DNA of 17,656 bases from Candidatus Nanohaloarchaea archaeon (GTDB taxonomy: Archaea > Nanohalarchaeota > Nanosalinia > Nanosalinales > Nanosalinaceae): contig JAWOFP010000064.1 in assembly GCA_046497485.1 (NCBI GenBank), positions 1 to 17,656 of the forward strand, given 5' to 3'. The notes below the pieces were generated by a model. That model saw only the letters and a program-made list of their open reading frames with translations, did not search any database and had not been told where the DNA came from. The position numbers and the translations under genes were made by a program. Below, piece after piece: positions 15,174 through 17,656 of the stretch (its first letter is position 1; each line of letters begins with the position of its first letter).

Positions 15174-16328
15174 CTACCTCTTCCTCTCAAGATCGATATT
15201 CCTATCCCACATCTCTTCGGCTAATTCACCGTCATACATCATCTTTTGAACCAGTTCATCAGCGTTCTCCTTTCTTTCCTGATGACCCTCAAGGAAATCG
15301 TTCAGTTCCTCAATCAGAATCTCTTTGATCTCTCCTGTCAACATCTCTCCAGATGAATAGTCCTCGGCGATTTCACGCAGTCTCTCATCATCCTCCATCA
15401 AAAGGTTACGGAGCCACTGGAAAGAGGTATCGACCGATAAATCTGCGCCTTCCGCTCTATGCTCTTCAAGTGTATCGCCCCCACCCGAGTAAGCATGTTT
15501 CTTGACTTTCTTCTCGACTTCTTCAGGAGTATCATCCAGCATGATAGCCGTCTTCGGCTTAGAAGAGCTCATCTTTCCTTCCGGCCCTGTCAATGCAGGG
15601 ATAAACTTGGAGTGAATAGCAGCCGTTTTTTCATGACCAAACTGCTCTGCTATATCTCTTTGAATTCTCCAGTAAGGATCTTGATCAATTGCCGCAGGGA
15701 TAACGCACCTCTTATCTTCAAAGAAAGTCGGGATATTCTGAATAGCAGGCCAGAAATTCATTCCGATATTTGTTGAGCCATCAAATCCAAATACGCCTGA
15801 GGCCTGTGAATTATTCACTTTTTCCGCGATCTTTACGATTCCATCGTACATATTGCCCATGTACTCACGGTTCCTGAAGATAAATGTCTTGTCTGGATCA
15901 AATCCTGCTGCAGCAATCTCTCTAATATTATCTTCTGCATACTCATCGATTTCTTCATCGGTTATTTCGCGGTCCCAGTACTTTTCATCGTCCGTCACCT
16001 GGATATATACATTTACATCGAATTTTTGCTGGATCCATGCCGTGAAGTAGAAGCTAACTATATGACCAATATGCATAGGGCCTGAAGGACCTACACCTGT
16101 GTAGAGGAAAAATCCATCTCCTTCCTCATACTCTTCTAATGCTTTGTCGAGGCCTCGATGCGAGTAGATGAAATCTCGATCAACATATAGATTACTTTCT
16201 CCAGCAAGTTCGAAGAACTTCTGCTTCAGCTCTTCGTCAATCTCTTCTGTCCCGAATTTATCTATTAGTCTATCGTAATCTACTTGCCCTTCCACATCGA
16301 AAGGTGTCACATCAAAGTCCTCTGGCAT
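15174..16328 (-). CDS. trpS: Tryptophan--tRNA ligase (archaeal/eukaryotic type)
   Basis: VTPFDVEG.VDYDRLIDKFG, LYTGVGPSGPMHIGH, IQVTDDEK, AIDQDPYWR, KMSSS, AYSGG. Confidence 0.97.
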   Translation of the reverse strand: MPEDFDVTPFDVEGQVDYDRLIDKFGTEEIDEELKQKFFELAGESNLYVDRDFIYSHRGLDKALEEYEEGDGFFLYTGVGPSGPMHIGHIVSFYFTAWIQQKFDVNVYIQVTDDEKYWDREITDEEIDEYAEDNIREIAAAGFDPDKTFIFRNREYMGNMYDGIVKIAEKVNNSQASGVFGFDGSTNIGMNFWPAIQNIPTFFEDKRCVIPAAIDQDPYWRIQRDIAEQFGHEKTAAIHSKFIPALTGPEGKMSSSKPKTAIMLDDTPEEVEKKVKKHAYSGGGDTLEEHRAEGADLSVDTSFQWLRNLLMEDDERLREIAEDYSSGEMLTGEIKEILIEELNDFLEGHQERKENADELVQKMMYDGELAEEMWDRNIDLERKR

Positions 16329-16374
16329 TTTTTGAATTCCTCTGAAAAGAAGTTCCCTCCAAATTTTGAAATAA

Positions 16375-17133
16375 CTACTCGTTAAACTTGGAGGCCTTAT
16401 GCCCTAGCACACCATCATAACCATTTGTGGACATCAAGACCGGATAGAAATCTTCTTCCGCAATTAATTCCTCATTATCTCTCCTTGCGTAAACCTCTCC
16501 CTTCTCAACTTTCTGGAAGTTTTCTTTCAGGAATCTCCAATCGCCTTCAACCTTCTCTTTTTGAACAAACAGTTCAGGATCCGAGGCCTCAAACTCTGCA
16601 TCTATAACGCCAAAGTAGGCTAAAAAGTTCTCTATAACATTTACAGCATTTTCAACCGCTTGATCGCTGTGCTGAGTTCCCGCTTCAACCACTACCCCTG
16701 TCGCAAAATCAGTCAGAGTCCCTGAATCTTCCTCAAACTTTACAGCATAATCAGCTCCAGAGGCCTGAATCATCTCCATCTCAGGATCTTCAAAGCTTTT
16801 AGTATTCGCAAAAGGCCTGTCAAAAGAATGAGTAGTATGAATATCCAGGACTTTTGACGCCCCTATCTCGCTCAAAAGTTTAGCAGCCAATCTTTCCTCT
16901 CTTTGATCTGAATCAATATCTCCAGGAAAACTACGGTTCAGATCCGTGTCCAAGAATCTTTCATCTTCTTCCAAGGCCTCTTCGTTTGCGATTATAAATT
17001 TTACAGCTTTATTGTACTTTAGATCTTTTTCAAGAACATTTTTTATTGCTTTCTTTCCTGCAGGTTCGTCTCCGTGAATCGATCCTATTATTGTGAATTC
17101 TATCTCTCCAGTTCCACGAGTCTCTACCTTCAT
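16375..17133 (-). CDS. Succinylglutamate desuccinylase/aspartoacylase (M14-like Zn deacylase) family protein
   Basis: HGDE Zn ligands, DLNRSFPG, VLDIH, VEAG. TATA TTTAAATA lies at -30..-23. Confidence 0.88.
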   Translation of the reverse strand: MKVETRGTGEIEFTIIGSIHGDEPAGKKAIKNVLEKDLKYNKAVKFIIANEEALEEDERFLDTDLNRSFPGDIDSDQREERLAAKLLSEIGASKVLDIHTTHSFDRPFANTKSFEDPEMEMIQASGADYAVKFEEDSGTLTDFATGVVVEAGTQHSDQAVENAVNVIENFLAYFGVIDAEFEASDPELFVQKEKVEGDWRFLKENFQKVEKGEVYARRDNEELIAEEDFYPVLMSTNGYDGVLGHKASKFNE

Positions 17134-17169
17134 ACTTTAGAATAAAGTTTGAGAATATTTAAACACTTT

Positions 17170-17656
17170 TCAAATGTCCAAGGCTTCTACTGCTGGAAGT
17201 TCTCCTCCAGAAACGCATCTTACAAAGGCGCCTCCAGCAATCGAGACATGGTCAAAGTCATCCATAGAGTAGCCGAATTCTTTGACAAGTGAGGATGTAT
17301 GGCCTCCGCCCATTACAGTGAATCCTTCACAGTTTTTCAAGGCCTCTAAAATTTTCTCAGTGCCTTCAGAATGTTCTTCAAAAGCTCCCATTGGCCCTTT
17401 CATCAATGCAGAATCGGCTTCTTCAATTATTTCAGCGTATCTTTCACTTGTTTCCTCTCCTATATCCCAAGACATTTCTTCTACATCTTCAGGCCTTTTA
17501 TCGCCGTCTTCTGTCACTAGATCTGAAGGGAGCTCAAATTTCTCAGGGTGTTCTTCAATTAAATCTTTCAGCTGTTTTTTTTTGGAGTCAAGGCCTCTTT
17601 CTTCTATCCATTCTCCTTTTTCTCCTAAGTCTTCTCCTTGAGCAAGTAATGCGACT
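17170..17656 (-). CDS. pgk: Phosphoglycerate kinase, 3' part (5' end beyond the window edge)
   Basis: The frame stays open upstream of the ORF-track GTG to the edge (VALLAQGEDLG...FELPSDLVTEDG). WDIG, KGPMGAFE, MGGGHT and HVSIAGGAF..GGELPAVEAL are archaeal PGK C-terminal motifs. Confidence 0.92.
   Translation of the reverse strand, partial: VALLAQGEDLGEKGEWIEERGLDSKKKQLKDLIEEHPEKFELPSDLVTEDGDKRPEDVEEMSWDIGEETSERYAEIIEEADSALMKGPMGAFEEHSEGTEKILEALKNCEGFTVMGGGHTSSLVKEFGYSMDDFDHVSIAGGAFVRCVSGGELPAVEALDI

Larger units (their letters stand above)
583..17596. repeat. Dispersed highly iterated palindrome AGGCCT (about 62 copies)
   Basis: Hand-located starts: 583, 677, 854, 1282, 1421, 1675, 1829, 2290, 2501, 2748, 3067, 3125, 3531, 3829, 4058, 4425, 4875, 5183, 5226, 5477, 5884, 5983, 6216, 6916, 7451, 7502, 7586, 8270, 9176, 10334, 10829, 10857, 11166, 11411, 11547, 11980, 12050, 12092, 12317, 12414, 12473, 13254, 13554, 13785, 14171, 14207, 14352, 14807, 14879, 15006, 15062, 15164, 15800, 16150, 16392, 16584, 16761, 16813, 16974, 17340, 17491, 17591. 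Confidence 0.9.

Noticed and set aside
17575..17583. A9 homopolymer in pgk as a slippage or phase-variation site
   Set aside because: It reads in frame as Lys-Lys-Lys and the frame is open on both sides.
1663..17641. Short alternative ORFs in the track (1663, 5260, 6991, 7867, 8748, 9331, 9359, 11370, 11630, 13055, 13610, 13690, 14576, 15459, 15853, 16425, 17282)
   Set aside because: All overlap well-supported genes antisense or out of frame, lack the acidic composition of real proteins here, and show no recognisable motifs.
1..17656. CRISPR array, IS element or rRNA
   Set aside because: No regularly spaced 25-40 bp repeats, transposase, terminal inverted repeats or rRNA-like sequence seen. 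AGGCCT copies are 6-mers with irregular spacing.

Overview
A compact, gene-dense archaeal window with roughly 40% GC (estimated by eye) and strongly acidic proteins. That combination best fits a nanohaloarchaeon (DPANN); the assignment is inferred, not proven. The backbone is housekeeping: a processive GT2 glycosyltransferase (runs off the left edge), truD, pth2, tRNA-Val(UAC), a HerA-like ATPase with a 516-aa LAGLIDADG intein in its P-loop, ndk, a PspC-domain protein, pheT/pheS, a single-domain KaiC-like ATPase, a SpoIIM-like membrane protein, trpS, an AstE/AspA-family deacylase and the 3' part of pgk. A cell-surface block at 6.3-9.7 kb encodes a class III signal-peptide pilin-like protein, a Cys-containing membrane-anchored protein and a LamG + polysaccharide-lyase-like protein. 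Two signals are not explained by the ORF track. First, the palindrome AGGCCT occurs about 62 times (hand count) against about 2.5 expected, in all three codon frames and beside promoters, resembling a highly iterated palindrome (HIP). Second, an 89-nt box C/D K-turn RNA lies between pspC and pheT; its D guide predicts 2'-O-methylation of wobble C34 of a CAA-anticodon tRNA, and an internal hairpin appears to replace the C'/D' motif.
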